From the NCBI RefSeq assembly GCF_044704955.1, contig NC_091990.1:68138001-68202000 (forward strand): DNA of 64,000 nt, given 5' to 3'. Position numbers and translations under genes: made by a program. The notes under the pieces are model-generated. The model had not been told where the DNA came from. It worked only from the letters and a program-made list of their open reading frames with translations, and did not search any database. This DNA comes from Pristiophorus japonicus (Eukaryota). This document shows positions 37,753-49,254 of the stretch, one piece after another. Each line of letters opens with the position of its first letter. The first letter of the stretch is position 1.

Positions 37753-38876
37753 AGAAAGCACTACTGGTACAGTGTGCTTGGCTCTCAAGGTGCAGTATCG
37801 CTAGTGATGGGGTCAGGATGAAGTCCACCTCCCCCACTACACCCCACCAATTGTTTTTAATGGACGAGCCAGAAGTCGTTGCCCGTGCGCAGTTCCAGTG
37901 GTTTCAGCTTGAGGCCGCCATAATGATGAATTAAGAAGCGAATAAAACAAAACTTGTTCATTTATTAATTATGTGAATTGTAGAATTTATTCAAGTATGA
38001 GCCACTTATTTGAAAGGGGATTGTGACTGCCTCAGTATTGCTGATCAAACATTTCTCCTCAAAGATCTCGTGTTGACAGCCCTGACAACTGATATAGATC
38101 TCAGTTCCCAGTCACATGTGTTGTCAGAAGTCACTCCGTTATTGTTTTAATCCTGATCTTGGCTGCCAATCTGTGCACAGAAAGTTATAAGGAGTTGCAT
38201 CAAGTACAGATCCTAGAATCGTCATTGGGGTGGCACACATATGGTCATGAATGATGGGATAGCCCCATCTCTTTCACTTATTCTCCATTAACAGGGAGTG
38301 AGTGAGAAACTCTTTGCAATCCCAGAGCTGGATGGTGAAGTGAAAAAGAAAAGTAGAAGAAAAAGGAGAGAGCAGGGAATAAAGCCAAAAGCAAGGAACA
38401 GAGAACACGGAAGAGGAGTGAAGTAAAATTTTGTTTCATAACCAATTTTCACTCCTTCTGATCTGAGGATGCTGACGTTTGCTCGAGTGGAATTCCATGA
38501 GTGCCGGTCAGCCCCATTACTTTCTCCAAGCAATTAATAATCACGTGTGGGTATGGTAATGAGTGTCAGCAGACTAATCACAGTCGAGTCCGAGCCTACC
38601 TTAACCCAATAGGGGCAATGCTCCAAGTACATACTGATAGTTGAGGTTCCCTGCCATCACCGTGTGCTTGTAAAATTGGAGTAGTGTCAATCGTACTTCA
38701 AACGGAGACCGCTGTACAACAATTGGGTGTGAGAAGCCTGGCCAATTACCCCCTTCCCTACTGAACATTGTTGAAATCAGTAGTGGTGGTCCCAACACTG
38801 CCAACTGAGCAAAATACATACTACAGTTAATTTCCTTACATAAATGCAGCATTGTGCTTGTTGTTTATAAACACTG

Positions 38877-39627
38877 CGGCCAAAATTCTGGGTCTCAGGA
38901 AGATCCTTTAATGCCTGTTTACGATGGCCATTCCTAAAGATGGAATGGCCGCAGCTTTGGTGTCAACAGGCCGATCTGATCAAAATTCAGGCCTGGGATT
39001 TTTTGGCCTGGACCCCATCCTGCCCAAGTAGATGCACCGCCAATTTAAAATAAAATAAATACATACCCAGCCATTTTCAGCTGAATCCATCGATCCCCCA
39101 CCGCATGGTGCCCCCAACAGGTTTCTCTGTCAGTGCACCGTTAAAGGGGTGGGCCCACTGTCGGTGCACCCTTAAAGGGGAGGGCCCACTGCCGCGGCCG
39201 CAATGGAAGAATATTTGCCAGCCAACTTGCCAATCAGCCGGCAAAATACTGCCCCTGGGTTCGGCCGGGCCGCCAACGGGCAGCCTGGCACCCCTTCTTG
39301 GCCCGGCCAAAACCCTCCCTGGTGGCCCAGTGGCCAAAGATAAGAAACGATCGCATCTCTCCCCTTTAATGGAGGGGAGAGAGCGTGGTGACGCACACCG
39401 CTGTGACATCACCACATGATTGACAGCGGCGGATGGCCCAAACGCCTCATTTTCAGCCAGTCAGCCTGGCTTTGAGTCTAAGGTCCCCTCCACCCTCCGC
39501 CCCATTATGATCCAGTTCCTGTAGGTCTTTGAAAAAAATTCTGAAAATGGATCTACGCACCGCACCAAGAGTTCCAGCGGTGAGCAATGGCTAACAACTC
39601 ATTGTGGTGCACCTGAATTTCAACCCA
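38877..39627. mobile_element. Harbinger-like MITE
   Basis: CGGCCAAAATTC ... GAATTTCAACCC termini with (A)CTG duplicated; paralogous empty site at about 40200-40215. Confidence 0.7.
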
Positions 39628-40129
39628 CTGGGTCAGTCAGGTATCCTGAAGTGTTTGAAGGGACTGTTACAAATGATGAGGGGGAAGGGATGGATTGGCT
39701 GCTAGACAGCTAACTCAGCACAGACTGGACCCCTCCTTATTCAGCTAACACTATCTACAGCCCCTGTGAACAACACATGTTTATCTTGTTTTTCCATAGG
39801 ATGGTGCCTGAGATGCACAGTTTGTGACTAAAATCCTCACACCCTGAATGTGTCGAAGGGGTACCCCTCTGCTGATTACCAAACCGATGTGGGTGGAAAC
39901 GCGCAGGTTTCTCATTCTTTTTCAAGCTCTAATTGGCATTTCTGATTTATTACTTAATTAGGTTCTGGGCTTTACTGGATATGCAAATTTTGAAATTCCT
40001 AATTAAGACAGAGACAGGCAGGAATCTGGTGCCAAGTCTGCGTGGGAGAGATTCCCCTTACACAGCAGAAAGATCGTTATACAATTGGAGGCACTGTACT
40101 ATTTACTGGAACTTCCTGGGCAGGTTTTA

Positions 40130-40585
40130 CTATCGTCAGCAACATACTTACTACAGTTAATATTCCTCACATAAAGGGAGCATTTTGCCTACTGTTTATA
40201 AACACTGGATTAGTCAGGTGTCCGTAAGTGTTTAAAGAGATCTTTACAAGTGATGAGGGGGAAGGGAAGGATTGGTTGCAAGGCGGAAAGCTGGACAGAA
40301 GAGGAATGATTCACTCCCGTCTGGTACTGTACGGCCCATATGTGTCTCAGTGTCAGCTCCTGTACATGTACAGAGATATGTCAGCTCCTACAGGCAGACC
40401 TGCAGCCTCACATCGGCACCAGGACTGCGCTGCCCTTCGCACTTAGGGTCAGTGTGGTGCTGACCTTCTATGCCTCCAGCTCCTTCCAGGCTGCATCAGG
40501 GGACATAAGCAGCGCCTCTCAATTCGCTGCACGTTGCTGCATCCGCGACGTCACACAGGCTCTCTACAGCTGCAGAATGGACTTC
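40130..40585 (+). mobile_element. Harbinger 5' region and transposase N-terminal remnant
   Basis: TEICQLLQADLQP..RTALP..VVLTFYASSSFQAASGDIS..SQ..CCIRDVTQALY. Confidence 0.8.
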
Positions 40586-40586
40586 A

Positions 40587-40727
40587 GTGTCAGCTGTGGC
40601 TCAGTGGGTAGCACACTCGCCTCTGAGTCAGAAGGTTGTGGGCTCAAGTCCCACTCCAGGTGCTTGCGCAGATAAATCTAAGCTGACGCTCCAGTCGAGT
40701 GCTGAGGGAGTGCTGCCCTGTTGGACG
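40587..40727 (+). mobile_element. tRNA-derived SINE head (DeuSINE/SacSINE1-like)
   Basis: TGGCTCAGTGGGTAGCAC (A box), GGGCTCAAGTCCC (B box), GCTGAC.CTCCAGT..AGTGCTGAGG as in the SINE at 48845-49099. Confidence 0.75.
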
Positions 40728-41464
40728 TACTATCAGGGGCTGCGCTACTGAGCATCAGCAGCCAATGAAGAACTGCTAGCTGCCCATTCGGTGCCGCTCT
40801 CTATATTTCTTTTCCAGTTGCTCCAGTTAGGTTATGGGAAGAATCCCGCACCCCAGGACCTGAATGAGCTTTGCGCACATTGAGCACACCACACGCTGGT
40901 GGCTGCGTTGGGACACCTTGTGCATGAAACACGTACAGTCGGCCTCAGGTCCTTGCACAATAATGCAGGACACAAAGTTTGGGGGTCCTGCCACTGCATC
41001 ATCAGCCACAGTGAGCATCACAGCTCAGCCCAACCCTATTGTCAGTCAGTGGCCGCACGCATACAATTTCCAGGAAGAATCAATGCACACTGATCAGGAG
41101 CAGGAACCAGGGCTGATTTCTTTCCGTCTTGTGCCAGTTATCAAGATTTTACCATGGCCTGGCTCAGATCTTATAACTGGGCATAGATGAGCAATTGAAG
41201 ATGGGACCTTCTAGTGTATCCGTGCCACTGGGTGGTGTCTAACCCACTGGATCATTGAGAAGATGATAACCTGAGCAGACAATTACATGTGGCCTTACCT
41301 GTCACACTAATGTGTGCCCTCGGCTGTGGCATGCTTCTGGTTACTGCTCCAGCCATTCCATTCTCAATCAGTTATAATAAGTTCAAAAATGACAGAAAGT
41401 AAAAAGGCTAATTACATTTATACACAGTTAAAAGTTCCCCGCTGATCCCATCCATCCCTCTTAC

Positions 41465-41555
41465 CAGGATGAAGAGTCCGGAGTTTGCGATATCCTGGTG
41501 AGTGGGTATAGTGGAGAACACTGACAGCACAAGACAGCTGAACACCAGCAGGAAT
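41465..41555 (-). CDS. KCNQ4: KCNQ (Kv7) coding exon 2 (S1 and S1-S2 loop), best match KCNQ4
   Basis: TTCTCTTTATCTCCAACAG acceptor, 91 bp, GTAAGA donor; phase 2 to phase 0; [30 protein letters not shown] versus recalled human KCNQ4 [30 protein letters not shown]. Confidence 0.92.
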
Positions 41556-41706
41556 CTGTTGGAGATAAAGAGAAGATAAATAAATCAAGCACAGGAGATG
41601 TGGATCACAATCCTAACTGTGCCAGTGTTCACCTCACCAACCCAACAATTCCCAACATTCAGACAACTAGACTAGACAGCAAAACTCAGCAAACAAGTAT
41701 TAGGAT

Positions 41707-41801
41707 CTGACGAAGGGTCATCGACCTGAAACGTTAGCTCAGTTTCACTCTCCACAGATGCTGCCTCACCCGCTGAGTATTTCCAGCATTTTCTGTTTTT
41801 A
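41707..41801 (+). mobile_element. 95-bp Penelope-type terminal-repeat insertion with minimal hammerhead core and 9-bp TSD
   Basis: TSD TATTAGGAT at 41698-41706 and 41802-41810; CTGACGA-AGGGTC-ATC-GACCT-GAAA-CGTT; related copies at 46810-46940 and 51646-51718. Confidence 0.75.
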
Positions 41802-41829
41802 TATTAGGATGTTGTACTGACCTGGCATT

Positions 41830-42990
41830 TGCTGGAGTATAATTACCAGTGATCATCTATTATATAATACAGTGCTGGAGTATGTTTACCTGGGATTATT
41901 GTATAATAGACACAGTGCTGGAGTATGTTTACCTGGGATTATTGTATAATAGACACTGTGCTGGAGTATGTTTACCTGGGATTATTGTATAATAGACACT
42001 GTGCTGGAGTATGTTTACCTGGGATTATTGTATAATAGACACTGTGCTGGAGTATGTTTACCTGGGATTATTGTATAATAGACACTGTGCTGGAGTATGT
42101 TTACCTGGGATTATTGTATAATATATACTGTGCTGGAGTATGTTTACCTGGGATTATTGTATAATAGACACTGTGTTGGAGTATGTTTACCTGGGATTAT
42201 TGTATAATATATACTGTGCTGGAGTATGTTTACCTGGGATTATTGTATAATAGACATTGTGCTGGAGTATGTTTACCTGGGATTATTGTATAATAGACAC
42301 TGTGCTGGAGTATGTTTACCTGGGATTATTGTATAATAGACACTGTGCTGGAGTATGTTTACCTGGGATTATTGTATAATATATGCTGTGCTGGAGTATG
42401 TTTACCTGGGATTATTATATAATAGACACTGTGCTGGAGTATGTTTACCTGGGATTATTGTATAATAGACACTGTGCTGGAATATGTTTACCTGGGATTG
42501 TTGTATAATAGTCACTGTGCTGGAGTATGTTTACCTGGGATTATTGTATAATAGACACTGTGTTGGAGTATGTTTACCTGGGATTATTGTAGAATAGACA
42601 CTGTGCTGGAGAATGTTTACCTGGGATTATTGTATAATATATACTGTGCTGGAGTATGTTTACCTGGGATTATTGTATAATAGACACTGTGTTGGAGTAT
42701 GTTTACCTGGGATTATTGTATAATATATACTGTGCTGGAGTATGTTTACCTGGGATTATTGTATAATAGACATTGTGCTGGAGTATGTTTACCTGGGATT
42801 ATTGTATAATAGACACTGTGCTGGAGTATGTTTACCTGGGATTATTGTATAATATATACTGTGCTGGAGTACGTTTACCTGGGATTATTGTATAATAGAC
42901 ATTGTGCTGGAGTACGTTTTCCTGGGATTATAGTATAATGTATACTGTGCTAGAGTACGTTTATCCCGATTATATAATAAACACTGAAAG
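41830..42990. repeat. 43-bp minisatellite, about 26-27 copies
   Basis: Unit TGTGCTGGAGTATGTTTACCTGGGATTATTGTATAATAGACAC head-to-tail with no spacers; degenerate edge units. Confidence 0.97.
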
Positions 42991-43119
42991 ATTGCAATTA
43001 TCAGAGACTGGTATAAAATATGACCTGCAGTCTTTAAAAAACGTCGTTTCACCATACATATCTGGTAATGATGCTGCGCGATACTATCAAACAAACCCAA
43101 TAGAGTCCCATCAAGTTGA

Positions 43120-43345
43120 TGTGAGCCTTGGCTTAATGGTAGCACTCTCACCACTAGTAGTAAGGTTGTGGGTCAAAGTCCCACTCTAGAGACTTTAGGC
43201 TGCCATTCCAGGACAGGACTGAAGGTCTCCACTCTCACAGGTGCCATCTTTAGACGAGACATTAAACCGAAGCCTCATCTGCCCTTTCAGATGGTCTTAA
43301 ACGATCCCACATCAATATTTCCATTAAGTGAAGGGGAGTCCTCTC
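43120..43345 (+). mobile_element. Decayed tRNA/Deu-type SINE fragment
   Basis: TGGCTTAATGGTAGCAC, GGGTCAAAGTCCCACTC, GAGACATTAAACCGA. Confidence 0.6.
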
Positions 43346-43659
43346 TGCGATTAGAGTCATTTCTGTAAGGGCCCGACATCAAATATATCTCAATCCAGTT
43401 AGAAGTAGGTATGCACAACACAAATTAATACTAATTACCAAATCCAATCAGAGGCTAAGGGTTATTAATGTAGAAAATAAGGGGTGGCGGCTAAAGCACA
43501 TTGGTTCCCCCATTTTGCTGAGTTATTCCCGGTAGAGTAGTAAATATCCTTCAGTGCATTCACAGGGCTCATCAGGGGAAGTACCCTTTATATTAATGCA
43601 CCACTGCCATGATGTGAACCTCACTGTCTCACACACTGTAAAGTCTTTGCAGTACCTGC

Positions 43660-44815
43660 CCCTTCTCTATGTTCCAGGCCATGGTGTGGGTTGATGAAGC
43701 CACCTGAACAGTGGAGGCTCAGTTCACCAGTCGTGCCCTGCACATGCAAGTGTCGCACACCTTCTTGTTCCCGACTCAGTCTCACAACTCCTCGCACTAC
43801 CTTTTCACTCTTCATATGCGTTTGCAAAACATCAGCCTGAGCCGCAATCCTAGCTGGCTCTCACCTCCTCCCACCATTCCTAAATGCTCTGTGTGCAGTC
43901 ACACAGATTCTAATGGACATCTAAACACTTTCAGACAGTAGGAGCTACACTACTATAGAAGATACGTGTGCCACACGATGAGCTGCACACTCATTCACAC
44001 TCACTGCATTATTGCAGGTGAAATTGGCGTATAATCGCCCGGAGCAGTAGTGCCCCGGAGGTGGGGAGCCTCATGTACAGGACCTCACTGTGGTGGATCG
44101 AGAGTCCACAGCCCTGGATACACCAGTTGGCGCGGTGGATACTGACGGTATGTGAATGGCGTTTGCGACTTACGTGTGTTCCGTGATATTTGGTAGCAAA
44201 TGGCCTACGCCCTTTATATATAAATGTCCAATGCCACCTTCCTCTTATCTCCCAGCCCCCTCCCCTGCTGCTAACCAGCGTCTGTTGCTTTGTGCTTACA
44301 GATGATGAGCCAGAAGCGTGGCAGCCTGCCTGTGATCCCTCTACATCGGGCGACGGGAGAGATGGTGAGGAAGAGGATGACAGTTTGATCACAGAGTGGG
44401 ACACTCCATCAGTCCCACCGAGCGGGGACCCTGAATTCCTGGAGTTTGAGGCTCCTGGCCCCAGTGGCCTACAGCAATACACAGCACGAGGGGAAGCTCA
44501 GAGACCAGCTCCCTGGAGGGTTCGTTGGTCCAGGAGTCCTGCTGAGAGATAGGCAGATGTGGATCTGGACTTGGAGGCCATGTCCAGGGATTCCATGCAA
44601 ATGCACCGCAAGCTCATGGGTGCATTGGAGAAGGTCCCACAGAGCATAGATGCACTTGCTCTGGGGTTGGGGGAGGCCGCCTCAAGCATTGCCCATGCCT
44701 CTTAGGCATCCACCGAGCCAATCCTTGCCCGCTTACAGAGGGAGATGGGCTCAATGGGCGACAGTGGAGTCCCAGAGGGAATGCCTCGTGCCATGGTTGA
44801 CATGGCAGCAGCTAT
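43660..44815 (+). mobile_element. Probable Harbinger Myb-gene remnant (different family)
   Basis: Acceptor TTGCAG|VKLAYNR..GGG exon, intron, acidic exon, MHRKLMGALEKVP; same layout as other Harbinger Myb genes here. Confidence 0.5.
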
Positions 44816-44816
44816 C

Positions 44817-46095
44817 GCTTATAAACCAGTCAGCTTAACATCGGTGGTAGGAAAAATAATGGAATCCCCACTGAAGGAGAAAATTGAAGAACATCTAGAA
44901 ACCAAAAATATAATAATGAATAGGCAGCATGGATTTCAAAAGGGAAAGTCTTGCTTGACCAACATCGTTGAATTTTTTGAAGAGGTAACAGAGAGAGTAG
45001 ACAAGGGTAATGCAGTAGATGTAATTTATCTAGATTTTTAAAAGGCCTTCGATAAGGTACCCCATAATAGACTGATGAACCAGGTCAGAGAATGCGGAGT
45101 CAGGGGACAAGTAGCAGAATGGATCGCTCGCTGGCTTCAAGACAGAAAGCAGAGAGTAGGGGTAAAGGGCAGCTATTCATGGTGGCAGAAGGTGGGTAGT
45201 GCTGTTCCACAAGGATCAGTGCTGGGACCACTGTTTTCACAATTTATATTAATAATTTAGACTTTGGAATCAAAAACACAATTTCTAAATTTGCGGATGA
45301 CACCAAATTGGGGGATAGTCAATACTGAGGAGGACTGCAACACATTACAGGAGGACATTAATAAACTTGCAGAATGGGCAAATAATTGGCAAATGAAGCT
45401 CAACACAGATAAATGTGAGGTATTACATTTTGGTAAGGAAAATAGGGAGGTCATATATTGGAAAGTACGAATCTAAATGGGGTAGAGGAGCAAAGGGATC
45501 TCGGAGTACAAATACATAAATCACTAAAAGTTGCGACACAGGTTAGCAAGGCCATAAAAAAAGCAAACCAAGCACTAGGGTTTATTTCTAGAGAGACAGA
45601 ATTGAAAAGTCAGGAAGTTATGCTGAACCTGTATAGAACCTTGGTTAGACCACACAGAGCACTGCGTATAGTTCTGGTCACCATATTATAAAAGGAATAT
45701 AGAGGCATTGCAGAGGGTGCAGAGAAGATTTACAAGGATGATATCAGAAATGCGAGGGTATATATATATCAGGAAAGGATGAACAGGCTGGGTCTCTTTT
45801 CTCTTGAAAAATGAAGGCTGAGGGGTGACCTATTAGAGGTCTTTAAAATCATGAAAGGTTTTGATAGAGTGGATACAGAGAGAATGTTTCCACTTGTGGG
45901 GAAGAGCATAACTAGAGGACATCAATATAAGATAGTTACCAAGAAATCCAATAGGGAATTCAGGAGGAAGTTCTTTACCCAGAGTGGTGAGAATGTGGAA
46001 CTTGCTGCCACAGGGAGTGGCTGAGGCGAATAGTATTGGTGCATTTAAGCGGAGGCTGGATAAGCACATGAGGGAGAAGGCAACAGAGATTTATG
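44817..46095 (+). mobile_element. CR1 LINE, 5'-truncated, decayed
   Basis: YKPVSLTSVVGK, QHGFQKGKSCLTN, VPQGSVLGP, QRDLGV, LVRPH. Confidence 0.92.
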
Positions 46096-46119
46096 CTGAT
46101 GGCGTGTAGCACTATGATG

Positions 46120-46462
46120 TAGACAGGGCCCTCCCCCTTCATTAAAGGAGAGGGCCAAGCTGCCAACTCTGCGGGTTCGTCCCTGGACCAGAGGAGAGTG
46201 CAGTGCCGTGGCACCAGCCCAGTACTTCCCCCTGAAACAGTCGCTGTCATTGCACAGTGCAGCTTCAGGGGGAGCTCCACAATTTTGGCTCCGGGGTGAA
46301 AACGGGTCGCTGCGTTATCATCACCAATGGAGCTCGGTGCTACCGGTTACCGCTGCTGCGGAATTCAGCAGGGGTCGTTAGCGGCGCCACGTCCGGGCGA
46401 AACATTGTTTGCGTCCCCAGGGGGCGCTAATGGGAGGCGCAAACAACCTGAATTTCTCCCCG
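46120..46462. mobile_element. Harbinger-like MITE right part
   Basis: GC-rich, similar to 10480-10845, ends GAATTTCTCCCC. Confidence 0.45.
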
Positions 46463-46809
46463 CTAAGAGTTTACCATAACTGATATTCAGCTCACTGGTG
46501 TATTGTCACTCGGTGTATCCGTTTCTCCCTTAATTGAACAAGGGTACGATATCGCCCACTCTCCAAACTCATAGCACAATTTGTATATTTAAAGAGAATT
46601 CAATCATTGTGGCCAGTCCCTCTCATGTCCTCTCTGACTTTCGTCAACAGCCTGGGTCCATGGCATTTTGCTAATTTTTTTATCTCTAACAGTTGTTCCA
46701 CTTTCTCCTGCAGTCCACCTATGTTATCATTTCCACCATCATTTGTACAAACTGGTGCAAGATATTTATTTAATAACTTCATCCTATCTTCATAATTAGA
46801 CGCTTAACA

Positions 46810-46940
46810 CAAAAGAAAAATACTGCGGATGCTGAAAATCTGAAGTAAAAACAAGAAGTGCTGGATACAGTCAGCAGGTCAGGCAGCATGTGTGGTGAGA
46901 GAACCAAAACTAACCTTTCAGGTCAATGACCTTTCATCAC
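46810..46940 (-). mobile_element. Penelope-type terminal repeat fragment with mutated hammerhead core
   Basis: Reverse complement GTGATGA-AAGGTC-ATT-GACCT-GAAA ... ATGCTGCCTGACCTGCTGA, homologous to 41707-41801. Confidence 0.65.
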
Positions 46941-46994
46941 AATATGTAATCTTCAAGCATTTCCGGGGCAATTAAAGCACGGGTTAGACACAGA

Positions 46995-47660
46995 ACATAG
47001 GAGCAGGAGTCGGTCATTTAGCCCCTCGAGCCTTGATTCAATGAGATCATGGGTGATCTGCGATCTAACTCCTTTGGCCCATATCCCTGGATACCCTTGG
47101 TTAACAAAAATCTATCAATCTTTAATTTTAAATTAATAATTGATCTAGCATCATTTGCCGTTTGCGGAAGAGTTCCAACCTTGAACCACCCTGTGTGTGT
47201 AGAAGTGTTTAATTTCACTCCTGAAAGGTCTGGCTCTAATTTTTAGACTCTGCCCCTAGTCCCAGTCTCCCCAACCAGCGGGAATAGCTTCTTTCTATCC
47301 ACCCAATCTGTTGCCCTTAATATCCTGAAAACTTCGATCAAATCACCCCTTAACTTTCTAAATTAAAGGAAATACAATCCTAGTTTGTCTAATCTCTCCT
47401 CGTAACTTGGAGTCCGGGTATCATTCTGTCATTCTGCTAAAGCTGTGCTGCACTCCCTCCAAGGCCAATATATCCTCCCTAAGGTATGGTGCCCAGAACT
47501 GCTCACAGTGCTCCAGGAGTGGTCTAACCAGGGCTTTGTACAGCTGCAGCATAACTTCTACCCTCTGTATTCTCGTCCTCCAGATATAAAGGCCAGCATC
47601 CCATTAGCCTTTTTGATTATTTTCTGTACCTATTTATGATATTTTAATGATCTATGTACC
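46995..47660 (-). mobile_element. CR1 3' fragment
   Basis: Minus strand LYKALVRPLLEHCEQFWAPY, KLKIDRFLLTKGIQGYG and CR1 3' UTR. Confidence 0.85.
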
Positions 47661-47661
47661 T

Positions 47662-49099
47662 GAAGGAAAGACTTGTATTTCACGACCACTGAATGTCCTA
47701 AAGCGCTTTACAGCCAATGAAGTACTTTTGGAGTGTAGTCACTGTTGTAATGGAGTGGAGCTAACCTACAGAACCAGTGGGTAGCTATTCAACCTTCGCT
47801 GTCTCCAGGCCAGGTCCAAGACCACTCCAACCTCTGTCGTCGAGCTACAGTACACGGACGACGTCTGCATCTGTGCACACACAGAGGCTGAACCCCAGGA
47901 CATAGTCGACGTATTTACCGAGGCTTATGAAAGCATGGGCCTTACGCTAAACATCAGTAAGACAAAGGTCCTCCACCAGCCTGTCCTTGCCGCACAGCAC
48001 TGTCCCCCAGTCATCAAGATCCACGGCGCGGCCCTGGACAACGTGGACCACTTCCCTTATCTCGGGAGCTGATTATCAACAAGAGCAGGCATTGATGATG
48101 AGATCCAACACCGCCTCCAGTGCGCCAGTGCAGCCTTCGGCTGCCTGAGGAAAGGAGTGTTTGAAGATCAGTCCCTCAAAACTGTCACCAAGCTCATGGT
48201 CTACAGGGCTGTAGAAATACCTGCCCTCCTGTATGGCTCAGAGACACGGACCGTGTACAGTAGACACCTCAAGTCGCTGGAGAAATACCACCAAAGATGT
48301 CTCCGCAAGATCCTACAAATCCCCTGGGAGGACAGACGCACAAACGTTAGCGCCCTCGTCCAGGCCAACATCCCAGCGTTGAAGCACTGATCACATTTGA
48401 TCAGCTCCGCTGGGCAGGCCACATAGTTCGCATGCCAGACACGAGACTCCTAAAGCAAGGGCTCTACTCGGAACTCGTCCACGGCAAATGAGCCAAAGGC
48501 AGGCAGAGGAAACGTTACAAGGACATCCTCAAAGCCTCCCTGATAAAGTGCGACATCCCCAATGACACCTGGGAGTCCTTGGCCATAGACCGCCCTAAGT
48601 GGAGGAAGTGCATTCGGGAGGGTGCTGAACTCCTCGAGTATCGACGCCGAGAGCATGCAGAAACCAAGTGCAGGCAGCGGAAGGAGCATGCAGCAAACGA
48701 GGCTCCCCACCCACCCTTTCCCTCAATGACAATCTGTCCCACCTGTGACAGAAACTATGGTTCTCGTATTGGACTGTTCAGCCACCTAAGGACTCATGCT
48801 AAGAGTGGAAGCAAGTCTTCCTCGATCCCGAGGGACTGCCTCTGAATGTAGGAAATGAGGCAGACAATTTGCACACAGCAAGCTCCCACAAACAGCAATG
48901 TGATAATGAGCAGACAATCTGTTTTTGTTAGGTTGATTGAGGGATAAATATTGACCAGGACACCGGGGATAACTCCCCTGCTCTTCTTCGAAATAGTGCC
49001 CTGGGATCTTTTACGTCTATCTGAGAGAGCAGGCGGGGTCTCGGTTTAATGTCTCATTAAAGAGTATCTGCCTCAGCACTGCACTGGAGTGTCAGCTTA
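47662..49099 (-). mobile_element. DeuSINE (SacSINE1/AmnSINE1-type Deu domain) split by an RTE (pieces 47662-47752 and 48845-49099)
   Basis: Reverse complement has GAAGAAGAGCAGGGGAGTT.TCCCCGGTGTCCTGG..ATATTTATCCCTCAA, ATTATCACATTGCTGTTTGTGGGAGCTTGCTGTG, CATTACAACAGTGACTACAC; recognised from memory of the Deu core. Confidence 0.8.
47751..48844 (+). mobile_element. RTE-clade LINE, 5'-truncated, no inversion
   Basis: ELQYTDD, FPYLGS, LLYGSET, QLRWAGH, CPTC..SHLRTH; short AATG duplication. Confidence 0.93.
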
Positions 49100-49254
49100 G
49101 AATGGCCCACTCCTGCTCCTAATTCTTATGTTCTTGTATTCTAATCGTGCCCTCCCCAGCTGAAGAGTCCCATTCACGGCGACAGTCCACCACTAACCCG
49201 CTGCTGACAGCTGGTCTCAGCTCTCCGCACACGCCTGCTGCAAACTTGGCCTTA

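Larger units (their letters stand above)
2317..41464 (-). other. KCNQ4: KCNQ4 intron 2 (39,148 bp, GT-AG, phase 0)
   Basis: Donor GTAAGA after exon 2 and CAG acceptor before exon 3; spliced frame ...GLFIL|EFVMI... is continuous as in known KCNQ proteins. Confidence 0.88.

Noticed and set aside
40587-40660. tRNA gene
   Set aside because: A and B boxes belong to a SINE head that continues into SINE body sequence; no convincing cloverleaf
2190-41555. Assignment to KCNQ5, KCNQ2, KCNQ3 or KCNQ1
   Set aside because: FSCLVLS, HQ..AN and EFVMI..GLEY fit KCNQ4 best from recalled sequences; KCNQ5 is not fully excluded without a tree or synteny
41830-42990. CRISPR array
   Set aside because: Units are head-to-tail with no unique spacers, there are no cas genes, and the context is a vertebrate intron
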